Assembly (NCBI GenBank): GCA_963662545.2
Contig: CAXXLL010000003.1
Span: forward strand, 384,001-448,000
Length of the DNA: 64,000 nucleotides
From: Gammaproteobacteria bacterium
GTDB taxonomy: Bacteria; Pseudomonadota; Gammaproteobacteria; Ga0077536
Direction: 5' to 3'
Shown in pieces: positions 19,692-32,380 of this stretch (its first letter is position 1; each line of letters opens with the position of its first letter). The notes under the pieces were generated by a model. It had not been told where the DNA came from and did no database searches. It saw only the letters and a list, made by a program, of their open reading frames with translations. The position numbers and the translations under genes were made by a program.

Positions 19692-21341
19692 ATGAATGAC
19701 GCAGCGTCAAATCCCTACGTTCAGGATCTCGCCCAGGTCACCGCCAACCACACCCCGCTCTCACCGCTGAGCTTTCTGGAGCGCGCCGCGGCGGTCTACC
19801 CGAACCGCACGGCAGTGATCCACGGCGAGCGCCGCTCGACCTGGTCGGAAACCTTCACGCGCTGTCGTCAACTCGCATCGAGCCTGAACAAGCGCAACAT
19901 CGGCAAGGGCGACACGGTAGCCGTGATCGCGACCAATATTCCGGCGTTCTACGAAGCGCTGTTCGGGATCGCGGCCGCGGGCGCGGTCATCAACCCGATC
20001 AATATACGGCTCGACGCCGGGGCCACCGCCTTCATTCTCGATCACGGCGGCGCCAAGGTCGTACTGACCGACACCGAATTCGCGCCCGTCGTGAAAGAGG
20101 CGCTGGCACAGTGCGAAGGCAACCCCCTGGTAGTCGACATCGCGGATCCGGCCGCTGGCTGTCACGATCGACTCGGCGAGATCGAATACGAGGACTTCAT
20201 CGCCAAGGGCGATCCGGATCACCCGTGGCGCCTGCCGGAAGACGAATGGGACGCGATGGCGCTCTGCTATACCTCAGGCACGACCGGCAATCCCAAAGGC
20301 GTGGTCTACCATCACCGCGGCGCCTATCTGAACGCCATCGGTTGCACGCTCGCCTGGAACATGACGCACCACCCCGTCTATCTGTGGACGCTGCCGATGT
20401 TCCACTGCTGCGGCTGGACCTTCCCGTGGACCATCGCCGCCATGGGAGGTACAAACGTGTGCTTGCGCCGCGTCGCGGCGAAGGACATCTATGAAGCGAT
20501 CGACCGGGACAAGGTCACGCATTTCTGCGGCGCGCCGATCGTTTTGAACTTCATCGTGAACGCGAACGACGACGACAAGAAGCCGCTGCCTCATACGGTC
20601 GAAGTCATGACCGCGGGCGCCGCACCGCCGGCCGCGATCCTCAACGCGATGAAGACGGCGGGCTTTCACATCACCCACGGCTACGGCCTGACCGAAACCT
20701 ACGGGCCGGCGGTATTCAATGCGCCGCAGGACGATTGGGATGCGCTCGACGACGACGCGCTGGCAGAAAAGATGATCCGGCAGGGCGTGCGTTTTCATGT
20801 GCTCGAAGACCTCGAGGTCATGGATCCCGAGACGATGAAGCCCGTGCCGCGCGACGGCGAGACCATCGGCGAGATTATGTTCCAGGGCAACAACGTCATG
20901 AGCGGCTATCTCAAGAACAAGAAGGCGACCGACGAATCGCTCGCCGACGGGTATTTCCGCTCCGGGGATCTGGCGGTCATGCACCCGGACGGTTACCTGC
21001 AGATCAAGGATCGCTCGAAGGACATCATCATCACCGGCGGCGAGAATGTCTCCTCCATTGAGGTCGAGGACATGCTTTACAAGCACCCCGACATCCTCGA
21101 GGCGGCGGTGGTCGCGCGGCCGGACGATAAATGGGGCGAAACGCCCTGCGCCTTCGTGACTCTGAAGGACGCCGCGGACGGCGTGACCGCGGATCAGATC
21201 ATCGACTACTGCCGTGAGAACATCGCCCACTTCAAGGCGCCGAAAACGATCATATTCTGCGATCTGCCGAAGACCTCCACCGGCAAGATCCAGAAATTCA
21301 AGCTGCGTAAGCAGACTGAAGAGATGGGGTCGCTGAGTTAG
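19692..21341 (+). CDS. Acyl-CoA synthetase (AMP-binding)
   Basis: YTSGTTGNPKG, YGLTE, LPKTSTGKIQK. Confidence 0.95.
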   Translation: MNDAASNPYVQDLAQVTANHTPLSPLSFLERAAAVYPNRTAVIHGERRSTWSETFTRCRQLASSLNKRNIGKGDTVAVIATNIPAFYEALFGIAAAGAVINPINIRLDAGATAFILDHGGAKVVLTDTEFAPVVKEALAQCEGNPLVVDIADPAAGCHDRLGEIEYEDFIAKGDPDHPWRLPEDEWDAMALCYTSGTTGNPKGVVYHHRGAYLNAIGCTLAWNMTHHPVYLWTLPMFHCCGWTFPWTIAAMGGTNVCLRRVAAKDIYEAIDRDKVTHFCGAPIVLNFIVNANDDDKKPLPHTVEVMTAGAAPPAAILNAMKTAGFHITHGYGLTETYGPAVFNAPQDDWDALDDDALAEKMIRQGVRFHVLEDLEVMDPETMKPVPRDGETIGEIMFQGNNVMSGYLKNKKATDESLADGYFRSGDLAVMHPDGYLQIKDRSKDIIITGGENVSSIEVEDMLYKHPDILEAAVVARPDDKWGETPCAFVTLKDAADGVTADQIIDYCRENIAHFKAPKTIIFCDLPKTSTGKIQKFKLRKQTEEMGSLS

Positions 21342-21417
21342 GCGGTGCGGGCTTTCTAGGAGGCGCTACCGTAGTCGAAAGCTGAGTCCGCATTCGCCGG
21401 CAAGCGGGCTCCTACGT

Positions 21418-22056
21418 TCAATTGAACAACCAGGGCGCTTCCTGCTGACGGCGTGCTTCGTAGGCCTTGATCTCGTTCGCGTGGCTAAGGGTGACGCTGA
21501 CGTCGTCCATCCCTTGCAGCAGGCGCTTCTTCACGCTGTCCTCGAATTCGAAAGACAAAATTTCACCGCCCGGCGTGGTCACTGTCTGCAGCTGCAAATC
21601 GATCGCGAGCCGGTAGCCCGCGGTGGCTGCGACCTCGTTGAACAGTTGATCGATGGTCTGCGCCGGCAAGGTGATGGGTAAGAGTCCGTTCTTGCAGCAG
21701 TTGTTGAAGAAGATGTCGGCGAAGCTCGGTGCCACGACCGCGTGGATCCCGAAATCAAACAGCGCCCAGGGCGCGTGTTCGCGCGAGGAGCCGCAGCCAA
21801 AATTGTCGCGCGCGAGGAGAACCTGGGCGCCCTGGTAGCGTGCCTGGTTGAGTACGAAGTCCTCGTTCAGCGGTCGTCCGCTGCAATCCTGATCGGCCTC
21901 GCCCTTGTCGAGGTAGCGCCATTCGTCGAAGAGATACGGGCCGAAGCCGCTGCGCTTGATCGATTTCAAAAACTGCTTAGGGATAATGGCATCGGTATCG
22001 ACATTCGGCCGGTCGATGGGCACGACCAGCCCGTTCAATCGGGTGAATGCTTGCAT
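21418..22056 (-). CDS. leuD: 3-isopropylmalate dehydratase small subunit
   Basis: [24 protein letters not shown]. Confidence 0.98.
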   Translation of the reverse strand: MQAFTRLNGLVVPIDRPNVDTDAIIPKQFLKSIKRSGFGPYLFDEWRYLDKGEADQDCSGRPLNEDFVLNQARYQGAQVLLARDNFGCGSSREHAPWALFDFGIHAVVAPSFADIFFNNCCKNGLLPITLPAQTIDQLFNEVAATAGYRLAIDLQLQTVTTPGGEILSFEFEDSVKKRLLQGMDDVSVTLSHANEIKAYEARRQQEAPWLFN

Positions 22057-22062
22057 GGCTAT

Positions 22063-22224
22063 GGGACCTCTGAATAAGTCATGGTGCGTCTGAATTGTTC
22101 ATGAAATTGTGCAGATCAAGGCACGAAGCGCAGGTAATAGCGGGGACTAGGGCTAAGGTTCGTAACGTAAGGCTCCGCGATTTCATGGGCAAGGCAGATG
22201 TGCCATGACTTATTCAGAGGTTCC
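22063..22224. mobile_element. 162-bp MITE between leuC and leuD
   Basis: Long terminal IR GG(G/A)ACCTCTGAATAAGTCATGG; palindromic interior; no ORF. Confidence 0.8.
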
Positions 22225-23625
22225 TTAAAGATCCCGCACGTCGACGAAGTGACCGGCGACGCCGGCCGCTGCTGCCATGGCCGGGCTGACCAAATGGGTG
22301 CGCCCGCCGCGGCCTTGCCGGCCCTCGAAATTGCGGTTGGAGGTACTCGCGCAGCGCTCGCCTTCGCCGAGTTGATCCGGGTTCATGCCGAGGCACATCG
22401 AACAGCCGGGCTCGCGCCATTCGAAGCCGGCGTCGAGGAATACCTTGTCCAGGCCTTCGGCCTCGGCCTGCTGTTTGACGAGACCGGAGCCGGGCACGAC
22501 CAGGGCAGCGTTGACGTTGGCCGCACGCTGCCGCCCTTTGACGACTTCCGCCGCGGCCCGCAGATCTTCGATACGCGAATTCGTGCACGAGCCGATGAAT
22601 ACCTTGTCGATGGAAATCTCGGTGATCAGCGTACCCGGCGCGAGGTCCATGTAGCGCAGTGCGTTCTGCATCCCGATTTTCTGAACTTCGCTGCCGGCCG
22701 CATCCGGATCCGGCACGACGCCGTTGACGGCGACCACCATCTCAGGCGAGGTCCCCCATGATACCTGCGGCTCGATGGCGGCGGCGTCAAAGGCGATCTC
22801 GCGATCGAACACCGCGTCCGGATCGGAGTGCAGATCCTGCCACGAGGCCAGCGCCCGATCCCACAGCGCGCCGTCCGGTGCATAAGGCCGCCCTTTAACA
22901 AAGTCGCGCGTGGTGTCGTCAAAGGCCATCATGCCGGCGCGGCCGCCGGCCTCGATCGACATGTTGCAGACCGTCATGCGCCCCTCCATGCTCATCGAGG
23001 CGATCGTCTCGCCCGCATACTCGAGGGTGTGGCCGGTCGCGCCTGCCGTGCCGATCACGCCGATGATGTGTAACACCAAATCCTTGGGCGTGACGCCGCG
23101 CCCAAGCGCGCCGTGGATGGTGATGCGCATATTCTTCGCCTTGCGCAAGATCAGACACTGGGTTGCCATGACATGCTCAACCTCGGAGCTGCCGATGCCG
23201 AACGCAAGCGCCGCCAATGCGCCATTGGTCGCGGTGTGCGAATCGCCGCAGACGATGGTCATGCCGGGCAGACTCCAGCCCTGCTCGGGCCCGGTAACGT
23301 GCACGATACCCTGGCGCACATCGCCGATGTCATGGTGCGTGATGCCGTGTTCGGCGCAGTTCTTTGACAGCATGTCGAGCTGCTTGCGCGCGATCGGATC
23401 GGTGATGTTGGTGACGTCGCGCGTCGGCACATTGTGATCGGAGACCGCTTTGGTCGCTCGTGCGCGCCACAGGCCGCGACCGGCGAGTTTCAGCGCCTCG
23501 AACGCCTGCGGCGTCGTCACTTCGTGCGCGATGTGCCGATCGATATAGACCAGTGCCGTACCGTCGTCGAATGGGCACACGACATGCGCTTCCCAGAGCT
23601 TGTCGTATAAGGTCTTACCATGCAT
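22225..23625 (-). CDS. leuC: 3-isopropylmalate dehydratase large subunit
   Basis: [36 protein letters not shown]. Confidence 0.98.
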   Translation of the reverse strand: MHGKTLYDKLWEAHVVCPFDDGTALVYIDRHIAHEVTTPQAFEALKLAGRGLWRARATKAVSDHNVPTRDVTNITDPIARKQLDMLSKNCAEHGITHHDIGDVRQGIVHVTGPEQGWSLPGMTIVCGDSHTATNGALAALAFGIGSSEVEHVMATQCLILRKAKNMRITIHGALGRGVTPKDLVLHIIGVIGTAGATGHTLEYAGETIASMSMEGRMTVCNMSIEAGGRAGMMAFDDTTRDFVKGRPYAPDGALWDRALASWQDLHSDPDAVFDREIAFDAAAIEPQVSWGTSPEMVVAVNGVVPDPDAAGSEVQKIGMQNALRYMDLAPGTLITEISIDKVFIGSCTNSRIEDLRAAAEVVKGRQRAANVNAALVVPGSGLVKQQAEAEGLDKVFLDAGFEWREPGCSMCLGMNPDQLGEGERCASTSNRNFEGRQGRGGRTHLVSPAMAAAAGVAGHFVDVRDL

Positions 23626-23774
23626 GTTCAGCAAGTTTCGAGCAGGTGAAGGGGAGGCGATTCTATCATCCCGGCCAGTTTGACGGTCAGCGGAACTCGG
23701 TTACACTGCGCGCGTCCAAATCATCACGGCGCAGTCGTGATGGCAACTCTCAAGATTTTCACCCAACGAACCCG

Positions 23775-24284
23775 ATGAAACTGTCGAGCACACTTCCGAT
23801 CCTGGCATTCGTGCTGATCGTGACGGCCGGGCCGGCGCGGGCCGACTTCAACGACGGGGTGGTGGCGCTCATGAGCGGCAATTACGACACGGCGCTCGCC
23901 ACCTTTGTACCCCTCGCGGAGGCGTCCGATCATGCCTACGCCCAATATTTCCTCGGCCGCATGTACGCCGTCGGCCAGGGCGTGGAGCAAGATCTCGAGA
24001 CGGCCGCCGGGTGGTATCGCAAAGCGGCGGAGAAAGGCGTGGGCGATGCCCAATATCGACTCGGCGCACTTTACGAGCGCGGTAAGGGCGTGCCCGGTGA
24101 CCTGGAATACGCCTATGGCTGGTACAGCGTAGCGGCTCACGTCGGCAACGCGAAGGGCGCCGATGCGCTTAAAAAGGTGGCCGCTAAGCTGTCGGATACG
24201 GAGCGGACCGAAGCGAAAAAACTCTCGCGGAACTTGATCGAGAAATACGGGGTGGTGCCGAAGAGCACCTCGCGCAAGCAGTAA
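23775..24284 (+). CDS. Exported Sel1-repeat protein
   Basis: Signal peptide; AQYFLGRMY, AQYRLGALY repeats. Confidence 0.9.
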   Translation: MKLSSTLPILAFVLIVTAGPARADFNDGVVALMSGNYDTALATFVPLAEASDHAYAQYFLGRMYAVGQGVEQDLETAAGWYRKAAEKGVGDAQYRLGALYERGKGVPGDLEYAYGWYSVAAHVGNAKGADALKKVAAKLSDTERTEAKKLSRNLIEKYGVVPKSTSRKQ

Positions 24285-24299
24285 TCGGCGGCGCGAAAT

Positions 24300-24584
24300 T
24301 CAGATTTTCAGATCGATGTAGGCGCCCATGGCGGTCGATCCGTCGGCGCCGCCCATCCGCCGGATCATAGAAGACAGTAACTCCGCCGACGGCGACAGCG
24401 CCGGGTGCGCAATGATTGGTCGCATAGCTTCGCGGAATTGCAATCGATCACGGGATCGGCCGCGGCTGGGAGAATCCGGTGCCGTATCGATCGACGTGGG
24501 GCGCGTGTCCACGCCGGTACGCGGCCGGGCAGCTACTGTATCGTAGGTCCAGCGGCGGTCGTCGATTCCGATATTTTCAATCAT
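24300..24584 (-). CDS. Hypothetical protein
   Basis: Follows sapC; ends MGAYIDLKI. Confidence 0.55.
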   Translation of the reverse strand: MIENIGIDDRRWTYDTVAARPRTGVDTRPTSIDTAPDSPSRGRSRDRLQFREAMRPIIAHPALSPSAELLSSMIRRMGGADGSTAMGAYIDLKI

Positions 24585-24604
24585 GGTAGCTTGCGTGCCC
24601 AGCT

Positions 24605-25372
24605 CTACTGCCTGGTCTGACCGGCTGCCTCGTCACTTGCCGCCGTCCCGGCCAGCCCCATCAGGCGGTCGATATTAGACAGCGAATGCATGTGCCGATA
24701 GATCAGATCCAGATAATCCTTGTCGAGCAACTCCTTCAATTTTTCCGCGGAAAGGGTCTTTAGCTTCTCGCGCGTTACCGCGAAAAAACCCGACAGGGAA
24801 AAGCTCTCTCCCGAGTTCAGCGAAATGTTGGCCTGCATCGAATCCAACAATCCAGCCTCATCGATCATGCCACAGAAGTGGCTGGTGATGAGCGTGTGAT
24901 TATGGAAGTCCTGTAGGAATTTAACAGAGTTTGACAATAGATCTCCGTGTTCACCGTCGTCGGTAATCAACTGCTGGCCTTCCTGCGCGGTGTTGAAACC
25001 TGAATAGGCTTCATCGATACAAACCGTGAATTCTTCGCTTTCCTCCGATGCCCGGGCCAGTATGAATGGATACCGGCGCACATAAGCCGGCACGTAATTC
25101 GCGCGCCAACTGCCGCGCTCGTCAATCATAAGATTTTGATCGCGTTTCAATCCCAGTACGACTGCGGGAATCGCCTTGCCGTCGCCGGCGCGCGCGAACA
25201 CGATTGCGTATTCGCGCGCCGCGATCGCGAACTCACTGGCGGCGATGAATACCGAGTTGCTGTTGGCCGCGAACGAGTAGCCCTGGTCGGCGTCGACGAA
25301 CCAACCCTTGTGACGCTCGCGGCTCAGTGCCACGACGTTCCGATAAAACATCGGGAGCTGCGGATCGGGCAT
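24605..25372 (-). CDS. SapC family protein
   Basis: YVPAYVRRYPF motif; starts 2 bp after the tpsA stop. Confidence 0.9.
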   Translation of the reverse strand: MPDPQLPMFYRNVVALSRERHKGWFVDADQGYSFAANSNSVFIAASEFAIAAREYAIVFARAGDGKAIPAVVLGLKRDQNLMIDERGSWRANYVPAYVRRYPFILARASEESEEFTVCIDEAYSGFNTAQEGQQLITDDGEHGDLLSNSVKFLQDFHNHTLITSHFCGMIDEAGLLDSMQANISLNSGESFSLSGFFAVTREKLKTLSAEKLKELLDKDYLDLIYRHMHSLSNIDRLMGLAGTAASDEAAGQTRQ

Positions 25373-28300
25373 TGTCAGAAGCGCCGGTGCAGGGTCGGCA
25401 ATACGACAGCTCCCTGCCACTCGACGTTGCCGAAGCGATCGAGGCGCACGGCGCCCGCGAACTCATTGACGCGGTCGCGCTTCATGAGATCGTTCGTCAG
25501 CGAATCGTCCAGCTCCTCTTCGAATTCCTCAAAATCGGAATCGTCGAACACGGGCTCCTCATCGAGGTCGATTGTCTCGGGCTCGGGCGTCACCTCCGGC
25601 GTCGTTTCGACGGCGGCCGGCTCTTCGAGGGTCTCGAGAGCTTCGTCGATATCCTCGAATTCGTCCGCGGGTATTTCCGCTTCGATGTCGGCCGGCTGTT
25701 CGATCGGCTCGAACTCCGGAATTTCCTCGACCGGCTCCACTTCGACGGGCTCCAGGACTTCTTCGGCCTCGAAAACGTCGTCGAAATCGAAGCCGGCGTC
25801 ATCGCCGAATTCCAAGGCCTCTTGGCGCGCGTTGTACTCGGCAAGCTGTACCCGGTATTGCTCGAAGTTCGCGAGCTCAATCTGCAGGCGCTCCTTCAAG
25901 TTCTGGGCTTCGGCCAGATCGATCGCGTCTGCCGCCACTTCCTGATCGAGAAATTCGATACGCCGCTTGATCTCGACGATAAACGCTTCGAGCTCTTCCT
26001 CGGTGACCGTAGGCGCGCACCCCTCGGCCTCTTCGCATTGCTCGAGCGACTGGGCGATGCCCTCGCCGATGATGCCAAAGAGGGTGAGTTCCTCCTCAAA
26101 GGCCGAGGAGTCGAGGAAGAAGAGGCGCAGGATCGTCAGCACGGCGGCCGGGTTGAAGATCGACACCGTGGTCTGGGCGGTACCCGTGACACTGCTGAAT
26201 GAGCCGCCGGCTTGTATCAAATCCGCTATACCCTGCAGGATACTCAAGGAATCCGTGTTGATGCCGGAGTTCGTATTAGCGTTCGACTGCACGTTGAAAC
26301 TGACGTTACTGTCTGCGGTTGAACTCTGGGTCAACAGGATCGGGCCGTTAGCGAGATCGAGGATGATGTTGTCAGAGTTTTCGACGGCGTCCGTTGCTGC
26401 GAACAAGGCGGCGCCGCCCCTGATCGTTATCGTGTCGTTGTCGGGCGCACGGATAAATCCGGTCGCTGCGTCAGCGCCGAGTCCGTCGTTCGCAGCCACG
26501 AGTTGATCGCCGAGCGCGATCAAGGCCACATCGCCCTGCCCTGCCGCGCCCGCCGCCACGACGATATCGGTCAGGACAGTGGTTGGGGCGAAATCGATAT
26601 TGCTGCCGATTATGAGGATATTGCCGCCTGTCTCAAAAGGCTCCGCGATGGTAATCTGATCAGCGTTCGGCGCCACGCCTGCTGGGGTCGAAGTGAGCGA
26701 AAGCACCTGGCCGTCGAATACGGGTGTGGCCGTAGTCCCGGGCACGAATTCGGCGCCAATAGACAGGAAGCCGAGGAAGCCGCCGAACTTGTTTGCCGAT
26801 ATGTGTCCGGCACCGTCGGTGAGGTCGATGAAAATGTCCCGGGGTACCGTCGTCGGTACGATGTTCAATACGTCCGCCGTCCCGGACGTGACCTGATTAT
26901 TGAAATCCCAGATGTCCGTCGATGACGACAACAGCACGTTGCCGCTGAAGTTGGTCACGCCGTTGAAAACAAGGTTGGCACCAGATAGATCGCCGCCGAG
27001 TTGTGTCGCGCCGCCGTAGGTTTGATTGCCTGTCGACGTGGCGTCACCGGTGATGCTGACCGCGTTATTGAACGTCAAGGCGCCAACGGTTGCGGTTACG
27101 TCACCATTGATGAAGGTCGTACCGGCGTAGTTTTGACTGCCGCCGGAGGTCACGCTGAGATAGTTCGCCGTTCCCCCGCCCCCTGAGCCTGAGCTGAACG
27201 TTCCGTCGACCGTCAGCGGCCCGGTGAGATTGATACCGCCGCCCGTCGCGGCGATTGCCAGGTTGCCGGTAGCGTCTGGTGGAGATGCGGGGCCGATAAC
27301 ACCGTTGACTGCGTTGATGCGCAAACCGAGCGCTCCGACGATGAACCCGGTCGACGTGGCGCCGATATTAGTGTTGGCAGTCAGTGTGACCTGAGGCGCA
27401 GTAAAGGTACCGCCGATGCTGAATCCCGTATTAGGCATATCCAGCACGCTATTGGCTGTCGCGGTCAGATTCTCGACGCCGGTAAACCGAACCCGGGCAA
27501 GCGTGTTGCCCGGATCGCGCACGAACCCGGCGTTGTTCCCATCGATCAACCAGTCGGCGGCCACCTGCGAAATGATGGTATCGCTGCCGGCGCCCAGGTT
27601 GAGTTGGTTTGCATCGGTCGTATCGGTGGGTGCCACCGTCAGCGTTATGACGTCGGCGCCCGCGCCGGTATTCAAAATTTCTATTTCAAAGAAGCCCGTA
27701 CCCGTAAAACTGTTGGTGGCACTGGTCAGGCTGGCCGGCGCAATCGACGTGATCTCCGCGGTTACCGCGGTCGCCGTGTTGATCGTATCCGAGCCCGGAC
27801 CGCCCATAATCGACCCGCCCCAGGCCGCCGCGAAATTGAACGTATCGGCGCCGGCATCGGTGAAGGTTCCACCGCCGATATTGGAGTCGATATCAGTAAT
27901 GTTCAACAGTTGTGTGACGCGCGCGCCGGTCGGCGTCGTGGCGTCGACTTGCATCGCGCCTTCGATATCGAAAATGTCATTACCGATGGAGCCCATAAGG
28001 AAGTTGCCGGTCACGAACCCACCGCCGTTGAAGCCCGTGATCGTGCCTACCGGGGCCAATGGGTCTCCCCTGAGCTGCCCGGTCACGTCGAAGATTACGT
28101 AATCGTCGCCACCTTGAGCCTGAATGTTGAAAGCGGTGAAGTTGTTGGTCGCGATCGCGGCCAGTGTCGGGCCGTAAGTCCCGGTATCCTGACTGGTGAT
28201 ATGCCAGTACGTATCGCCTGGTCCGGGCGGTCCGATGAGCGTTCCCAGACTATTGCCGATGAAGTTGTTTACACCGGCAAATCCGTTTGCCGGAGAGGGT

Positions 28301-28979
28301 CCGATCAAATCCGGGGGCGCGGAAAAGCCGCCAATGGTGCCACTTTGTTCACCGAGCACGACAGTGTTGATCTCCAACAACTGCACGAGGGACGAACCGC
28401 TGTAATCGATGGTGTCGCTGCCGGCGCCGAGATCGACCGAGCCGACGAGGGTCGATGTGTCGGCTCCCGGGGGGGAGCCTGTCGGCGTGCCGAACTGGAC
28501 TTCATCATTATCCGCACCACCGTCGATCACGACCGTGGTCCCGGAGGGTGTCGACAAGACCGAGTTGCCGGTGATCTTGAAGGTGTCATTGCCGGCATTG
28601 CCGATCAGTTGATTAACGCTGAAACTGACGTTGACGTTGAAGGTGTCGTCATTGCCGGCGCCATCGGCATTTCCGCTTAACGAACCGCCGTTGAAATTAA
28701 ACGTGTCCATTCCCGCCGAACCGGTCAGGTTTTCTATATTTTGCCAGGTTGTGACGGACGCTGAGCCGCCGCTATTCGGGCCCGTGACCGTATAAACCGT
28801 GTCCCCGGTCAGCAGATCGCCCGCCCCATGGCCCAGACCGTCCATCGTGCCCGAGAGACTCCCCGCGCCCGCGTTCACCGTAAACACGTCGTCGCCGCCC
28901 GTCCCCGACAGGTTCTCAATCTCAGCGAAGCCGCCCGAGACCTCGCCCGAGGTGCCCAAATCACCGCCCGTTAACGTGT

Positions 28980-31900
28980 AGTCGTTACTGCCTATCAGCG
29001 TGTCATTGTCCGTGCTGCTGCCCGCACCCGAGCCACCGTTGATCGCACCGGTCAGCGTGAACGTCGCGAGATTGAAGGTATCCGCCGCGTCACCGCCTAA
29101 GAGGTTCGCCGCACTCGCGCTCCCCGCCAGGGTGAAGCTGTCATCCCCATTCAAGCCACTCGCGTCGCCCGTCAGCACCGAGCCCGCGTTGAATGTGAAA
29201 CTGTCCGCTGCCGCCGTCCCCGTCAGGTTCTCAACCTCCGCAAAGCCACCCGAGACGTTCGTCGAGGTGCCCGTGTCCGTGCCCGTGCCCGTGACGATGT
29301 AGTTGTTGCTGCCTGTCAGCGTGTCGTTGTCCGTACTGCTGCCCGCACCCGAGCCACCGTTGATCGCACCCGTCAGCGTGAACGTCGCGAGATTGAAGGT
29401 ATCCGCCGCGTCACCGCCCAACAGGTTCGCCGCGCTCGCACTCCCCGCCAGGGTGAAACTGTCGTCGCCGTTCAAACCGCTCGCATCGCCTGTCAACACC
29501 GAGCCCGCGTTGAACGTGAAACTGTCCGCTGCCGCCGTCCCCGTCAGGTTCTCAACCTCCGCAAAGCCGCCCGAGACGTTCGTCGTCGTACCCGTGTCCA
29601 TGCCCGTGACGATGTAGTTGTTGCTGCCTGTCAGCGTGTCGTTGTCCGTACTGCTGCCCGCACCCGAGCCGCCGTTGATCGCACCCGTCAGCGTGAACGT
29701 CGCGAGATTGAAGGTATCCGCCGCGTCACCGCCTAAGAGGTTCGCCGCACTCGCGCTCCCCGCCAGGGTGAAGCTGTCATCCCCATTCAAGCCACTCGCG
29801 TCGCCCGTCAGCACCGAGCCCGCGTTGAATGTGAAACTGTCCGCTGCCGCCGTCCCCGTCAGGTTCTCAACCTCCGCAAAGCCACCCGAGACGTTCGTCG
29901 AGGTGCCCGTGTCCGTGCCCGTGACGATGTAGTTGTTGCTGCCTGTCAGCGTGTCGTTGTCCGTACTGCTGCCCGCACCCGAGCCACCGTTGATCGCACC
30001 CGTCAGCGTGAACGTCGCGAGATTGAAGGTATCCGCCGCGTCACCGCCCAACAGGTTCGCCGCGCTCGCACTCCCCGCCAGGGTGAAACTGTCGTCGCCG
30101 TCCAGGCCGCTCGCGTCGCCCGTCAGCACCGAGCCTCCGTTGAACGTGAAACTGTCCGCACCCGAGGTCCCCGTCAGGTTCTCGATGCCCTGCCAGCCGG
30201 CTGCCATGCCGCCGTTTATATCGGGTGAAGTGCCCACACCCGAACCGGTAATAACGTAAGTACCGCTGCCCTGCAGGGTATCCGTATCAACGCCTCCCCC
30301 GATCGTGCCGGTCCAATTGCTGGCCGCGACGTTGAAGATGTTTACGTCGCTTCCGGCGCCGTCAAAGGTACCGCCTACGGTCAGATCGCCGGCAAGCGCA
30401 TCAATATTGTTGATCGTGGTGAACGACGCGGTGCCACCGTTACCGCCGACATCGACGGTGATATTAAGTGCCGTCAATCCAGTAATCGTAAACGTGTCCG
30501 GATTAATGCTCCCCATGAGCGTGTTGACGCCCGTACTGCCGCCGCCGTCGGCGGCGTTGGTGAGCGCGCCGTCCGGTTCGAATATGAAGAGGTCCAAGGC
30601 GTCGCCGCCTTGGATGGCAATAATGCTCGAGAATTGCATCTGATCCGTTGTCGGCGAGTTACCGTTCAGGACGAAGTCCTCAAGTTCCTGCAGGCTCCGG
30701 GCGGCAACGACAGCATCCGTTCCGTTAATGAGCCAGTAGGTATCGACGGCGTTGCCGAAGGGCGAGATGGTGCCGCCCGACGCGTTGGGAATGAGGTCGG
30801 CGTCGTTCCAACCGCCGGAGATCAACGGCGGATCGCCAGCGATACCGACGAACGTTCCCGGTCCCGTATTCCAGGTGTTTTGAATCACCGAGCCGGAAAA
30901 GTCGATGACGTCGTCGTCGCCCGCCCCGCCTTCCCTGCCGCCTTCCAGCATACCCACGATGTGCGGCTTACCGTTGGTGAAATTGAAGGTATTGTCGTCG
31001 GTGGAGTCCATGGGGTTCGTGATGTCGAAACCGTAGACATCACCGGTGAAGGTCATCAGACCGCCGCCGCCGTTGAAATTGAAGGTATCGTTGTCGTCGC
31101 CGCCGAACAGGTTGGCGGCCGCTGTGGACGAAGTGGCTCCCGACCCGGTGATATTGAATATATCGTTACCGCCCAGCGCGCTGGCCGTACCGGCGAGTTC
31201 ACCGCCGGCGGTAAAGGTGAAGGTATCGACGCCCGCGGTGCCGGTGAGGTTCTCGATAGCCGTCCAGGCGTTCACGCCGCCGGATGATCCGGAAAACATC
31301 CCGCTGACGGCGTAGGACGTGTCGCCGGTCAAGAGATCGGCGACGCTCTCGCCGAGCCCATCGATGGTTCCGGACAGCGTACCGCCCACGGTGAAAACGT
31401 CATCGCCCGTCGTTCCGGTCAGATTTTCGATCTCGCTCCAGCCGCCGCTGACCTCACTCGAAGTGCCTGTGTCCGCGCCGGTGATCTGGTAGTCGTTACT
31501 GCCTACCAACGTGTCATTGTCCGTGCTGCTGCCCGCACCCGAGCCACCGTCGATCGCACCCGTCAACGTAAAGCCCGCCAGGGTGAAGGTATCCGCCGCG
31601 TCACCGCCCAACAGGTTCGCCGCACTCGCGCTGCCCGCCAGGGTGAAGCTGTCATCACCGTTCAAGCCACTCGCGTCGCCCGTCAGCACCGAGCCCGCGT
31701 TGAATGTGAAACTGTCCGCTGCCGCCGTCCCCGTCAGGTTCTCAACCTCCGCAAAGCCACCCGAGACGTTCGTCGACGTGCCGGTGTCCGTGCCCGTGAC
31801 GATGTAGTTGTTGCTGCCTGTCAGCGTGTCATTGTCCGTACTGCTGCCCGCACCCGAGCCGCCGTCGATCGCACCCGTCAACGTGAAGCCCGCCAGCGTG

Positions 31901-32380
31901 AATGTATCCGCCGCATCACCGCCCAACAGGTTCGCCGCACTCGCGCTCCCCGCCAGGGTGAAGCTGTCATCCCCATTCAAGCCACTCGCGTCACCCGTCA
32001 GCACCGAGCCTCCGTTGAACGTGAAACTGTCCGCTGCCGCCGTCCCCGTCAGGTTCTCAACCTCCGCAAAGCCACCCGAGACGTTCGTCGAGGTGCCGGT
32101 GTCCGTGCCCGTGACGATGTAGTTGTTGCTGCCTGTCAGCGTGTCATTGTCCGTACTGCTGCCCGCACCCGAGCCGCCGTCGATCGCACCCGTCAACGTG
32201 AACGTCGCGAGGTCGAAGGTATCCGCCGCGTCACCGCCCAGCAGGTTCACCACACTCGCGCTCCCCGCAAGCGTGAAAGTGTCGTCGCCGTCCATGCCGC
32301 TCGCGTCGCCCGTCAGCACGCTCCCTGCGTTGAACGTGAAACTGTCGGCAGCCGACGTGCCGGTCAGGTTCTCGATACCC
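28980..32380 (-). repeat. Two blocks of ~315-bp (105-aa) near-identical tandem repeats in tpsA
   Basis: Unit ...ENLTGTAAADSFTFNAGSVLTGDASGLNGDDSFTLAGSASAANLLGGDAADTF...; blocks ~28980-30190 and ~31490-32380. Confidence 0.9.
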
